NCBI GenBank assembly: GCA_009843735.1
Contig: VYCW01000051.1
Location: 7,964-71,963, forward strand
Reading direction: 5' to 3'
Source: Acidimicrobiaceae bacterium
GTDB lineage: Bacteria; Actinomycetota; Acidimicrobiia; Acidimicrobiales; Aldehydirespiratoraceae
DNA: 64,000 nucleotides
Both the position numbers and the translations under genes were made by a program. The stretch's first letter is position 1, and the number at the start of each line of letters is the position of its first letter. The notes beneath the pieces are model-generated. The model saw only the letters and a list, made by a program, of their open reading frames with translations. It did no database searches and had not been told where the DNA came from. Positions 18,546 to 27,224 of the stretch are shown piece by piece.

Positions 18546-19289
18546 CTAGGTCTGGACCGTGTATCCGTACCAGACGTTGGGTTCCTCCAGCCAGCAGCGG
18601 TCGGCGTCCACGTCGACATGGAGTAGATCCAGAGCGCCATCGATCACGTACCGGCCGCTGGCGGGGAGTTCGAGGCCTGTCCATTCCTCCCAGTCGGAGA
18701 CGGAGCCTTCGAAGCGCATCGGCTCCCGGCAGACGCCCAAGCGCTGGGCACCTCCGGCGATCTGAGCGCGGATCCAGGGGTCGAAGGCGGTGCCGTCGGG
18801 GCGCTTCCAATCGATGTACTCCTCGAATGGGATCGTCGGATAGAGGTGCTTGCGGGTGGGTCGGATCGGGGCGATCAAGTGCGACAGACCATGATCGCGG
18901 CACAGGCGATTGCCCTCTTCCAGCGCCCGGGCCGCCACGCCCTTCCCGCTGTGGGAGTCGGCTACCGCTACCTGGATCCCGCAGAGGGTGGTCACTGCCC
19001 GGCCCTCGCGTCGATGGCGCAGGCTGCGGGCCAGCACCTCGTGCTCGCTGTGGGGCAGGCCCTCGGTCGTTCCGTCCCAGAACACGGGCACGGAGTTGAA
19101 GACTCCGGCCAGTTCGTCGGTGGTCTCGTCCACGAGGTACAGCTGCAGGTCTGCGAACGCCGCGATCACCAGGGGCCAGTGCTCATTCCATATCGAATCG
19201 TGCAGCATGAACTCCGGGAAGGCGTCCGATTCCATCTGCTCGAAGTGCTCGAGCAGTTCGGGCTTCTGGGCGTGGCTCAGGATCTTCAC
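18546..19289 (-). CDS. GNAT-family acyltransferase with a ~100-aa C-terminal extension
   Basis: 247 aa. The acetyl-CoA pocket-like motif is VAVADSHSGKGVAARAL. The conserved-looking C-terminal block is RPTRKHLYPTIPFEEYIDWKRPDGTAFDPWIR. It overlaps the upstream gene's stop by 4 nt. Confidence 0.65.
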   Translation of the reverse strand: MKILSHAQKPELLEHFEQMESDAFPEFMLHDSIWNEHWPLVIAAFADLQLYLVDETTDELAGVFNSVPVFWDGTTEGLPHSEHEVLARSLRHRREGRAVTTLCGIQVAVADSHSGKGVAARALEEGNRLCRDHGLSHLIAPIRPTRKHLYPTIPFEEYIDWKRPDGTAFDPWIRAQIAGGAQRLGVCREPMRFEGSVSDWEEWTGLELPASGRYVIDGALDLLHVDVDADRCWLEEPNVWYGYTVQT

Positions 19290-20134
19290 GTTCCGGAACC
19301 TCTCCGCTGCGGCTCCCGTCGCCTCAGGTAGTCGATCGCGATGCTGTGCAACCGTTCCTGGCCGAAGGCCTCGCCGTGGCCGGGTAGAACCGTGTTCACC
19401 GTCATTTGTGCCAGCCGCCGCATCGTCTCCACATAAGCATCGATATCACTTCCGGCTAGCTCATCGAGGAGCGGGCCGTCGTACACCGCGTCACCCGAGA
19501 GCAGCAGCCCGCTACGGGCGTCGTAGAGCCCGATGCTGCCCGGGGAGTGGCCCGGCAGGTGCAGGACCTCCAACGCCCGGTCGCCGAGGTCGATCACGTC
19601 CCCTTCGCCGAGTAGCCGGGTCGGGGCAGCAGGACGGTGCGGAAGCTGGTCGAGTTCGAACCCGTCGTGCGGCACCGCCATCACGAAACACTCGGGCATG
19701 AGGTATCCCGCCCGTTGCATGTGGGCGTTCTCGGCCGGATCAAGGTCCGCGCTCCAGAGGCTGACGATGTCGGGATCCGCCGTGGCCGGATCCACGTAGT
19801 GGGCCTCGTCCCGGTGCACCCAGCGCTGCCCGAACTCGTGCCACCCGCCGGCGTGGTCGGCATGAGTGTGGGTTAGGACGACCACGGCTTCGCGTCCGGG
19901 GGCGATTTTCAGGTGCGGCCAGAGGGGAGTTATGCCGAGCCCGGTGTCAACCACTAGGTCGAAATGCTTGCCCGCGATCCACCACACATTGCATCGAAGC
20001 ACCTCCGCAACGTACGGCTCCCGCAGCAGGGCGATGCCCGGGGAGAAATCGGCCCGATTCCACCAAGCCCCGGCAATGGGCAGCGGAGCCGAACTCTCGC
20101 CCCGTCCCCGGCTCAAGCGTCCTAGCCCGCTCAC
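19286..20134 (-). CDS. Metallo-beta-lactamase-fold hydrolase
   Basis: It has the HxHxDH motif (VLTHTHADHAGG) and a later HLPGHSPGS. I trimmed the track ORF to the GTG at 20134-20132, which forms a GTGA overlap with the stop of the preceding small gene. Confidence 0.75.
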   Translation of the reverse strand: MSGLGRLSRGRGESSAPLPIAGAWWNRADFSPGIALLREPYVAEVLRCNVWWIAGKHFDLVVDTGLGITPLWPHLKIAPGREAVVVLTHTHADHAGGWHEFGQRWVHRDEAHYVDPATADPDIVSLWSADLDPAENAHMQRAGYLMPECFVMAVPHDGFELDQLPHRPAAPTRLLGEGDVIDLGDRALEVLHLPGHSPGSIGLYDARSGLLLSGDAVYDGPLLDELAGSDIDAYVETMRRLAQMTVNTVLPGHGEAFGQERLHSIAIDYLRRREPQRRGSGT

Positions 20135-20379
20135 GCCGCGTCCCTGGCTCGTGCGATGCCCAGCAGCGCCAGCAGCGCCACGACGAACCAGACGAATTCG
20201 AGCACCACGAAAGGCGGATACCAGATCACGGCCGAGGCAATGCAGGCGAGCGCCGCACCGACGGCGTTCAGCGCCTGGTAGAGGCGGGAGGACGCCGAGA
20301 GCCGGCCGACAAGGTTGAGGGCGAAGGCGGCCAGGAGGATCGACACGCCCGCAGACCCGATGAGGGTCTCGATGCTCAT
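20131..20379 (-). CDS. 82-aa integral membrane protein (3 predicted helices)
   Basis: It is the C-terminal part of track ORF 20131..21456: MSIETLIGSAGVSILLAAFALNLVGRL...WYPPFVVLEFVWFVVALLALLGIA. Its ATG forms an ATGA overlap with the livF-like stop, and its own stop overlaps the MBL start. Confidence 0.6.
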   Translation of the reverse strand: MSIETLIGSAGVSILLAAFALNLVGRLSASSRLYQALNAVGAALACIASAVIWYPPFVVLEFVWFVVALLALLGIARARDAA

Positions 20380-21104
20380 GGAGCGTCCCTCGGAACGATG
20401 TCCTCGGAGCCCAGGTAGGCGGCGTCGAGGCGGGACCGGTCCGCCAGGAGTTGACTGGCAGGCCCTGACAGCACAAGGTCGCCGTGGCTCAGGACGTATG
20501 CCCGGTCGCTGTGGGAAAGTGCCAACTCGGCGTACTGCTCCACCAGCAGGGCGCCTGCGCCGGTGTCCGCGACGACTTGACGGACGACCGGCAGCAGCTG
20601 CGCGAAGATCAGCGGTGCCAGTCCGAGAGAGAGCTCGTCGATGAGCAACAGCCTCGGCTCGCTCAGGATGGCCCGCCCCATGACCAGCATCTTCTGCTCG
20701 CCGCCGGAGAGCAGAGCAGCCTTTCGCTCCATCAAGGGAGCCAGGGCGGGGAAGTAGGCGAGCGCCTTGTCGAAGTCGGGACGGCCGCGCCGAACCCCCA
20801 GCACCAGGTTCTCTCGCACGGTCAGCTGGCCGAGCACACCCCGGCCCTCGGGCACGTGCGCCACGCCTCGCCGGGCGACCTCGTGGGCCCGTCGCAGCCT
20901 TGGGACGGGGCCGCCCAGGACGGTGATGTCCCCCTTGAGGCGGGCCACGAGTCCCGACACGGCACGCAGCGTGGTCGTCTTGCCGGCACCGTTGGGTCCC
21001 AGCAGGGTGACCACCTCGCCGGCTCGAACATGGAGCGAAAGGTCCCTGACCACCGGTACCCCGTCGTAGCCGGCGCTCAGCCCGTCGATATCGAGCAGCG
21101 TCAT
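20376..21104 (-). CDS. ABC transporter ATP-binding protein, LivF-like
   Basis: Walker A GPNGAGKTT, signature LSGGEQKML, Walker B LLLIDELSLGLAP. Confidence 0.9.
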   Translation of the reverse strand: MTLLDIDGLSAGYDGVPVVRDLSLHVRAGEVVTLLGPNGAGKTTTLRAVSGLVARLKGDITVLGGPVPRLRRAHEVARRGVAHVPEGRGVLGQLTVRENLVLGVRRGRPDFDKALAYFPALAPLMERKAALLSGGEQKMLVMGRAILSEPRLLLIDELSLGLAPLIFAQLLPVVRQVVADTGAGALLVEQYAELALSHSDRAYVLSHGDLVLSGPASQLLADRSRLDAAYLGSEDIVPRDAP

Positions 21105-21868
21105 GTCCGATCCTCGGCGTCGGAGTGCTCCTCGCCCAGGTAGGCCTCAACCACTCGGGGATCCCGGCGGATCTGCTCGGGAGCGCCCTCAGCGATGACC
21201 GACCCGAACTCGAGCACCCAGATGCGGTCGCACACCGACAGGACCAGGTCCATGTCGTGGTCCACCAGCAACAGCGTGGCCCCGCCGTCGACCATGGCGC
21301 GCAGCCGGGCACCCAGCCACACCGTCTCAGCCCGGTCCAGGCCTGCTGCCGGCTCGTCGAGCAGCACGATCCGCGACTGGGCCACCATGGCGCGGGCAAT
21401 CCCCACCAGCTTGCGCTGGCCGAGCGATAGTTCCTGGGGCAAGCGGGAGCGCGCACCAGTCAGCTCGAAACGCTCCAGTACTTCCTCGATGCGCTCGTCG
21501 CGCTCACGGCGCCACAGCCCGGTAACGGCTCGGCCCAGCGTCAAGGGCTGGCTGGCTACGGCCAGGTTCGACCAGACATCGATGTCGTCGAAGAGCTCGA
21601 CGGACTGCCAGGTCCGGTTGAGGCCCCGCTGAGACAGCACGTGGGGCGGCACGGAGCTGATGTCCTCCCCCCTGAACAGCACCGTGCCTGACGCATTGGA
21701 CGGCAGGAATCCAGTGACTGCGTCGATGAAGGTCGTCTTGCCGGCGCCGTTGGGCCCGATGAGTCCCGTCAGCTCACCGTGGCGGCAGGCGATGTCGACC
21801 CCCGTTAGCGCCTCCACCCCGCCGAAGGCGACCCGCAGGCCCTGGCTCTCGAGCACAGTGGGGCTCAC
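21101..21868 (-). CDS. ABC transporter ATP-binding protein, LivG-like
   Basis: Walker A GPNGAGKTT, signature LSLGQRKLV, Walker B VLLDEPAAGLD. The start was trimmed to the GTG at 21868-21866, giving a GTGA overlap with the permease stop. Confidence 0.9.
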   Translation of the reverse strand: MSPTVLESQGLRVAFGGVEALTGVDIACRHGELTGLIGPNGAGKTTFIDAVTGFLPSNASGTVLFRGEDISSVPPHVLSQRGLNRTWQSVELFDDIDVWSNLAVASQPLTLGRAVTGLWRRERDERIEEVLERFELTGARSRLPQELSLGQRKLVGIARAMVAQSRIVLLDEPAAGLDRAETVWLGARLRAMVDGGATLLLVDHDMDLVLSVCDRIWVLEFGSVIAEGAPEQIRRDPRVVEAYLGEEHSDAEDRT

Positions 21869-23934
21869 GGCGCGCTTCCGATCGGCGCTGGGGGCAGTGC
21901 CCGGCGATTGAGAAGGGCACGACACTTCTTCGCAACATACCGATTGAACCGCCGGGTCGACCCGGCGATGCCGTCGGCGTCGAAGGCCAACTCGGCGATC
22001 AGGAAGGTTCCCGCGATATAGGTCTCGTAGCGCCCGAGCACGATCAACTCCTCGCCGACGACTGTGCCGATCCCGGCTCCCACCAGCGTGCCGGTCCACA
22101 GGGCACCGCTCACCGTGCTGATGCCACCGAGGTAGGCGTAGGCGATTAGCACTAGCGAGGCCGTCCAGCCGAACGTGTCGGACTGAAACGATCCAAGCTG
22201 GGCGGCCTTCAGGCCACCCGCGGCTCCGGCCAGCGCGGCACCGATCACGAAGGCCGTCAGCTTGATGCGGGCGATGTCGACACCGGCCGCCGCGGCGGCC
22301 CGCTCGTTGGCCCTTACCGCCAGCATCTGCCGGCCCGTGGGGCTGCGCCGCAGCAGCGACACGAACACGCACGCAGCCACGGCCACGGCCAGGATGAGCA
22401 CTCCGATGGCCGGAGATGGCCGCTTGTCGTCCCCCAGGAAGAATTCAGAGGCCGAACCCAACTCGATCCCGAACAACTCGGGTGCGTCCGCTCTGGCCCG
22501 TCGTGACGTTCCGAACCATCCGTCGCGGCGGAACAGCACGGCTTCGATGGCGATGCCGGCGCCGAGAGTGATGATGGCCAGGCTCGGGCCCCGCGACCGC
22601 AGTGCCAACATCCCGACAACGAGACCGAACAGCGCTGAGGTGGCGATGGCAAGCGGGTATCCGAGGATGAACGGGACGCCGGCCTCGGCTACATACGACC
22701 CGAGACCAAAGGCCGCGATGCCCGACAGCGCGACCTGGGCCAGTGACACCTGCCCCACGAAACCGGTGACGACCACGAGGCTGAGCGCCAGGATGATCCC
22801 GATCAACGAGTTGTTGATGCCGTTGCGGTACTCGAAGGGCAACCAGATGGACGCAGCCAGGACCGCGAGCACGAACAGCACCACCGGAACCGGCCGTATC
22901 CGGTCGGCGTAGGCCAGCGGAAGACGCTCGCTGCCGACCGCTCCCCGTCCTGGCACCGCGTCACCCCTGGCGGCCATCGCCACCGCGATCACCGCCAGCG
23001 GGAGGATCTCGGCCAGGTCCAAGTCCGGTACCCAGTCCTGACGCTGCTCCAGGATGAAGATCAGGCTCTGAGCCATGCCGATCCCCACGCCGACGAGGGC
23101 CGACGTCCAGAACGACGAGAAGGCGCCAACCAGGGCCGCGGCCACCGCCGGCACGATCAGGAGTGTCATCCTGCCCGGGCTGACACCGGTGATAGGAGCC
23201 ACCAGGATGCCGACACCGCCGGCTACCACGCTGGCGACGACCCAGCTTACGGCGGCCTGGAAGTCCGCCGAGTAGCCCAGCAGGGTCGCGACCTCCTCGT
23301 TCTCGGCCGCGGCGCGGGTGGCGATCCCGAAACGGGTGAAGCGGAACGCGGTCCACAGCACCAGCGTGACCGCTAGCAGCAGGGCCAGCAGAATGAACCG
23401 GTCGCGCGGGATCAAAGTCCCTGCGATGCTCACCGTGGCGTCGGGAAGCAGCGCCTCCGCGTGCTTGGCCTGCGATCCGAACCTGAGCACCACCACGGCC
23501 TGCAGAGTGAGCAGCATCCCGATCGAGGCCACCACCTTGGCCGTCGCGGGGGCGTATCGCAGCGGTCTGAACACCAGGAAATGAGCCGCGAGTCCCAACA
23601 GCACCGCCGTTGCCATCGCGACGGCAATCGCGGTTGGAATGGAGGTTCCGTCGCCCACGTCGATGATGGTTGGAAGGTCGGGAGCGTCGAAGTGGAGGCC
23701 GAACCATCCGGCGATCCCGGCTGCGATGGCAAGAGGATTGGGAAGCGGAGGCACCGGGTACTCGCCGTTGTTCCGCATCTCGACGAAGACGTAGGTGACG
23801 TAGGTGGCGATGGCTCCGTGCCCGAAGTTGATGACGCCCGAGGCCCGGAAGCTGAGGGTCAGCCCAATCGCTAGCGCGCCGATGATGACACCGGTGCCGA
23901 TGCCGATGAGCAGGAACTGCAGATAGATGCTCAC
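21865..23934 (-). CDS. Fused LivH/LivM-type branched-chain-amino-acid-family ABC permease
   Basis: 689 aa and highly hydrophobic throughout. Two permease halves are in one polypeptide, and the gene sits upstream of the LivG/LivF-like ATPases. Confidence 0.85.
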   Translation of the reverse strand: MSIYLQFLLIGIGTGVIIGALAIGLTLSFRASGVINFGHGAIATYVTYVFVEMRNNGEYPVPPLPNPLAIAAGIAGWFGLHFDAPDLPTIIDVGDGTSIPTAIAVAMATAVLLGLAAHFLVFRPLRYAPATAKVVASIGMLLTLQAVVVLRFGSQAKHAEALLPDATVSIAGTLIPRDRFILLALLLAVTLVLWTAFRFTRFGIATRAAAENEEVATLLGYSADFQAAVSWVVASVVAGGVGILVAPITGVSPGRMTLLIVPAVAAALVGAFSSFWTSALVGVGIGMAQSLIFILEQRQDWVPDLDLAEILPLAVIAVAMAARGDAVPGRGAVGSERLPLAYADRIRPVPVVLFVLAVLAASIWLPFEYRNGINNSLIGIILALSLVVVTGFVGQVSLAQVALSGIAAFGLGSYVAEAGVPFILGYPLAIATSALFGLVVGMLALRSRGPSLAIITLGAGIAIEAVLFRRDGWFGTSRRARADAPELFGIELGSASEFFLGDDKRPSPAIGVLILAVAVAACVFVSLLRRSPTGRQMLAVRANERAAAAAGVDIARIKLTAFVIGAALAGAAGGLKAAQLGSFQSDTFGWTASLVLIAYAYLGGISTVSGALWTGTLVGAGIGTVVGEELIVLGRYETYIAGTFLIAELAFDADGIAGSTRRFNRYVAKKCRALLNRRALPPAPIGSAP

Positions 23935-24019
23935 GAGTCGTCGCCGACGATCTCAGCCGCTCCGGTCGTGATGTTAGCCGCGGAGACTCGAGGCCCCGCT
24001 TCAGGGCTTGTGATGATGT

Positions 24020-25357
24020 TCAGCCGAGAGCCTCGAACTCCGAGAAGTCGATCGGCGCCAATCCGACGTCCTTCATCGAAGTGCCGTCGACCTCGAGCAC
24101 TATCAGGCTCGATACGCACGCACCGGGGAACGGGTCGGGTCCTGGACAGGAGACGTCGGCGTAGTAGCCGGTCGTGAGCTGTACCCGGCTCAGCGCCTCG
24201 TTGACCGTCTCGCGGGAGAGATTCTCGTATCCCACGTCAACCAGCGCGGCGTGGACACCGAGGACAGACACGAGGGCCCAGCCGGCGAGACCGTAGACCT
24301 CAGCTTCTTCGGATCCGTAGGTTTCGATGATCCGCTGACCCTCGAGGACCGCATCGCTGGCCAGGGACGGGTCGACCGGCAGGGCGCTGGCTCCGAACAC
24401 AAGCCACCCGTCCAGGGCGCCACTCGCCACCGTGTCCTCGAGAGCACAAGTGTCGAAGGTGATGATGGCCGTTTCGACCGACAGTGACGACAGCGCATCG
24501 GCTAGCGGCGAGCACTGGGTGCCGTCTATAGCGGCCATCACGACGTCGACGTCGGCCGCTCCCGAGGCGGTGACCACACCGACGTAGTCGGCCTGTTCGA
24601 AGGCTGCAGGCGTGATGCCGGTTACTTCCAGGCCAGCATTCTCTGCGAAGACGCTGGCTGCGTCGCAGGCCTCCAGGAAGAAGGGGTCGTCGAGGCAGAT
24701 GATCGCCATGGTGCCAGCGCCAATGGTGTCGGCCGCATAGGCCACGGGTCCCTGTACCAATCCCAGGAAGCCGGGATCGAAGATCCATTCGGTCGGTCGC
24801 TGCCAGTCGTCGGGCAGGTTGGCCAGTGCCAGCTGCGGCAGACCGGCCGGGACGGTGACCTCCGCAGCCTCGTTGCTCGAGTAGCTGCTGGTGATCATCA
24901 CGTGGATGTCGTCGTCGTTGGCGAACTGCTGGGCGCATGCCACCGCGCCTTCGGGACCGTCACCGGAAGTGCAGAGCTCAAGCTCCAACGGGTGCCCGTC
25001 CACTCCACCGAGCTCCGCGTTTATGTACGCAACCGCAGCTTCGGCAGCCCTGCGGGCTTCGATGATCGAGAAGAGCTCCTCCTCCTGGGAGTCGAATCCG
25101 ATTCTGACCGGGTCCATAGCAGTGTCGTCCGGCTCTGGTGCCTCCTCTGGTGCGGCGGTTGTTGCCGGTGCGGCAGTCGTCGCCGGTGCGGCGGTTGTTG
25201 CCGGTGCCTCCGCTTCGGGCGCGTCGTCATCCCCGCAGGAGGCGGCAACCAGCGCGAACACCCCGAACAGGCCAGCGAGCAGCCGAACCCCTCTCGCCGA
25301 GATCGGACTTCTGCCGGTCTCTGTTCGTGTGGTTGCCTCGCCCCGCTGCCGGTTCAT
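24020..25357 (-). CDS. Lipoprotein substrate-binding protein (type I periplasmic-binding fold, Liv/amide family)
   Basis: The start was trimmed to MNRQRG (ATG 25357-25355). The signal and lipobox are LLAGLFGVFALVAASCG, followed by a low-complexity linker with 3x PATTAA and then a PBP1-like domain. Confidence 0.8.
   Translation of the reverse strand: MNRQRGEATTRTETGRSPISARGVRLLAGLFGVFALVAASCGDDDAPEAEAPATTAAPATTAAPATTAAPEEAPEPDDTAMDPVRIGFDSQEEELFSIIEARRAAEAAVAYINAELGGVDGHPLELELCTSGDGPEGAVACAQQFANDDDIHVMITSSYSSNEAAEVTVPAGLPQLALANLPDDWQRPTEWIFDPGFLGLVQGPVAYAADTIGAGTMAIICLDDPFFLEACDAASVFAENAGLEVTGITPAAFEQADYVGVVTASGAADVDVVMAAIDGTQCSPLADALSSLSVETAIITFDTCALEDTVASGALDGWLVFGASALPVDPSLASDAVLEGQRIIETYGSEEAEVYGLAGWALVSVLGVHAALVDVGYENLSRETVNEALSRVQLTTGYYADVSCPGPDPFPGACVSSLIVLEVDGTSMKDVGLAPIDFSEFEALG
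25149..25202 (-). repeat. 3 x 18-bp in-frame tandem repeat encoding (APATTA)3 in the SBP linker
   Basis: The plus-strand units are ggtgcggcggttgttgcc / ggtgcggcagtcgtcgcc / ggtgcggcggttgttgcc. Units 1 and 3 are identical, and unit 2 differs only synonymously. Confidence 0.9.
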
Positions 25358-25387
25358 GACTGCTCCCATCTCCGATTCCGAAATTTT

Positions 25388-25405
25388 TTCGTTCGACTGA
25401 ATGAA
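25388..25405. promoter_or_regulatory. Candidate TetR operator (imperfect palindrome) in the divergent SBP/TetR intergenic region
   Basis: TTCGTTC-GACT-GAATGAA has half-sites matching 6/7 as an inverted repeat. It lies in the 77-bp AT-richer gap between divergent starts 25357 and 25435. Confidence 0.3.
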
Positions 25406-25434
25406 TTGGGCGAGGTTATGCTTACCGCCCATCC

Positions 25435-26118
25435 ATGTCAAACGACAGCCTTGGTTCCCCCGTTAGGCGGGTCGGCCGTCCCCGTGCCGACAAACGCGTC
25501 CCCGAAGGCGACGTCTCCGAGCACATCCTCGCGGCGTCAGCCGAACTGTTCATCCGCCAGGGCTACACGGCTACCACCACCCGCCAGATAGCGGCTGCGG
25601 TCGGCTTGCGGCAGGGGTCGTTGAGCCACTACTTCCCGCGGAAGAAGGACATTTTCGCAGAACTGCTCGACCGTACGGTTGAACCCGCGCTGACGATGAT
25701 CGACGGACTCGATCCAGGGTTGCCGCCCGAGGTCCGGCTGTGGCTCCTGCTGTCGACCGACTGCTTCAATCTGGCGTCGGGTGAGCAGAACCTGGCCAGT
25801 CTCATGCTGCTCCCCGAAGCACGAAGTGATGAGTTCGACCAGTTCTGGGCTAGGCGCGACCAACTCAAGGATCGGTATCGGGACATCATCGTGGCGGGCT
25901 TGAGGCACGGGTCCCTGTCTTGTAGCGATGTTCTTCTAGCCGTTGACGCCACCTTCGGGATCGTCGAGAGCATCATCACCTGGTTCGAGCGGGGCGGGCC
26001 GGTGACGTCTCGCGGCGCTGTCCATCACGTCGCGCGAGCCGCACTGGCTGCGCTATTGACGTCGCCGTCTGAAGTGGATCGGGTAATCGCTCAGGCCGAA
26101 GCGCTGGTGGCAGCATGA
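25435..26118 (+). CDS. TetR/AcrR-family transcriptional regulator
   Basis: The N-terminal HTH is FIRQGYTATTTRQIAAAVGLRQGSLSHYFPRKKDIF. It is divergent from the ABC/enzyme operon. Confidence 0.9.
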   Translation: MSNDSLGSPVRRVGRPRADKRVPEGDVSEHILAASAELFIRQGYTATTTRQIAAAVGLRQGSLSHYFPRKKDIFAELLDRTVEPALTMIDGLDPGLPPEVRLWLLLSTDCFNLASGEQNLASLMLLPEARSDEFDQFWARRDQLKDRYRDIIVAGLRHGSLSCSDVLLAVDATFGIVESIITWFERGGPVTSRGAVHHVARAALAALLTSPSEVDRVIAQAEALVAA

Positions 26119-26152
26119 GGCCGCGGACCATGCGGACGGGTGATTCGACAGC

Positions 26153-27214
26153 TTGATGTCAACGAGGATCAATTCGCCCATGACCGGACCGAGCCGACGC
26201 GAGGTCTCCTTGCCCAAGCTGGATGTCTATGTGCTGCCGGTCGAGGTGAGCTGGCAGCAGGTCCGCACCATGTTTCTGCGAGCAGAGGAATTGGGCTTCC
26301 ACACTGCCTGGATCCACGACAACGTGGTCGGGCCTGTGCCCTGGAAGCCTGACGCCGCGGTCTACGACTCCTGGAGTGTTCTAGGTGCGCTGGGCGAAGC
26401 CACGTCGCGCATAAGGCTCGGATCTCTGGTCACTCCGATGGGACGACGCCATCCAAGCGTTTTCGCCAAGATGACGGCGTCCTTCGACAACACCAGCGGT
26501 GGGCGCCTCGACTTGGGGATGGGTCCCGGAGATGAGCCCCATCAATACGAGCCCTGGGGACTGCGCTATCCGGAGCCACCCGAACGCATCGAGATCCTCG
26601 AGGAGGAGATCGAGATCATCAAGGGACTCTGGACCAATGATCGCGTGACCTACGAGGGCAAGCACTACCAACTGCGGGACGCCACGCTTGCCCCGAAGCC
26701 GCTGCAGAAGCCCCACCCACCGATCTGGATCGGTCTCGTGTTCGGCCGCAGAGTCATGCCGCGCGTCGCCGCCCGCCACGCCGACGGTGTGAACTTCTAC
26801 TCCAAACATGACGAAGACGTGGCCGCGACGATTGAGCAGGTCCGGTCGCTGTGCAGAGACATCGGACGCGACCCCGCACCGATCAAGTTCTCGCGCTGCG
26901 TGTCGGTTTGGGTGACCGACGACATCCCCGATGTCGAAGCCGAGTTGAACCGAGTCGGTGAGGAGTACGGCACCGGCGGAGACTACGTGCGCGACTATGT
27001 GGCCGCTTATGAGCGCATGGCGATCGGCCCCCCGGAGGTGATCGCTGAGGAGTTCGTGAAGCAGGCCCAGCTTGGAATCGACCAGATCATCGTCAACATG
27101 ATCCTGGGGCCCGGTCCGGCACACAAGGACTTGCCGGTTGTGGAAGGAGTGCTTCGCACCTGGGAGCGCATCGCCACAGAGGTGCGGCCCTTGATGGAGG
27201 CGACGCTCAGCTAG
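26153..27214 (+). CDS. LLM-class flavin/F420-dependent oxidoreductase
   Basis: It has RLGSLVTPMGRRHPSVFAK, GGRLDLGMGPG and KPLQKPHPPIWIG blocks. The start could instead be the internal M at about 26180. Confidence 0.8.
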   Translation: MMSTRINSPMTGPSRREVSLPKLDVYVLPVEVSWQQVRTMFLRAEELGFHTAWIHDNVVGPVPWKPDAAVYDSWSVLGALGEATSRIRLGSLVTPMGRRHPSVFAKMTASFDNTSGGRLDLGMGPGDEPHQYEPWGLRYPEPPERIEILEEEIEIIKGLWTNDRVTYEGKHYQLRDATLAPKPLQKPHPPIWIGLVFGRRVMPRVAARHADGVNFYSKHDEDVAATIEQVRSLCRDIGRDPAPIKFSRCVSVWVTDDIPDVEAELNRVGEEYGTGGDYVRDYVAAYERMAIGPPEVIAEEFVKQAQLGIDQIIVNMILGPGPAHKDLPVVEGVLRTWERIATEVRPLMEATLS

Positions 27215-27224
27215 CCCTTCGTCC

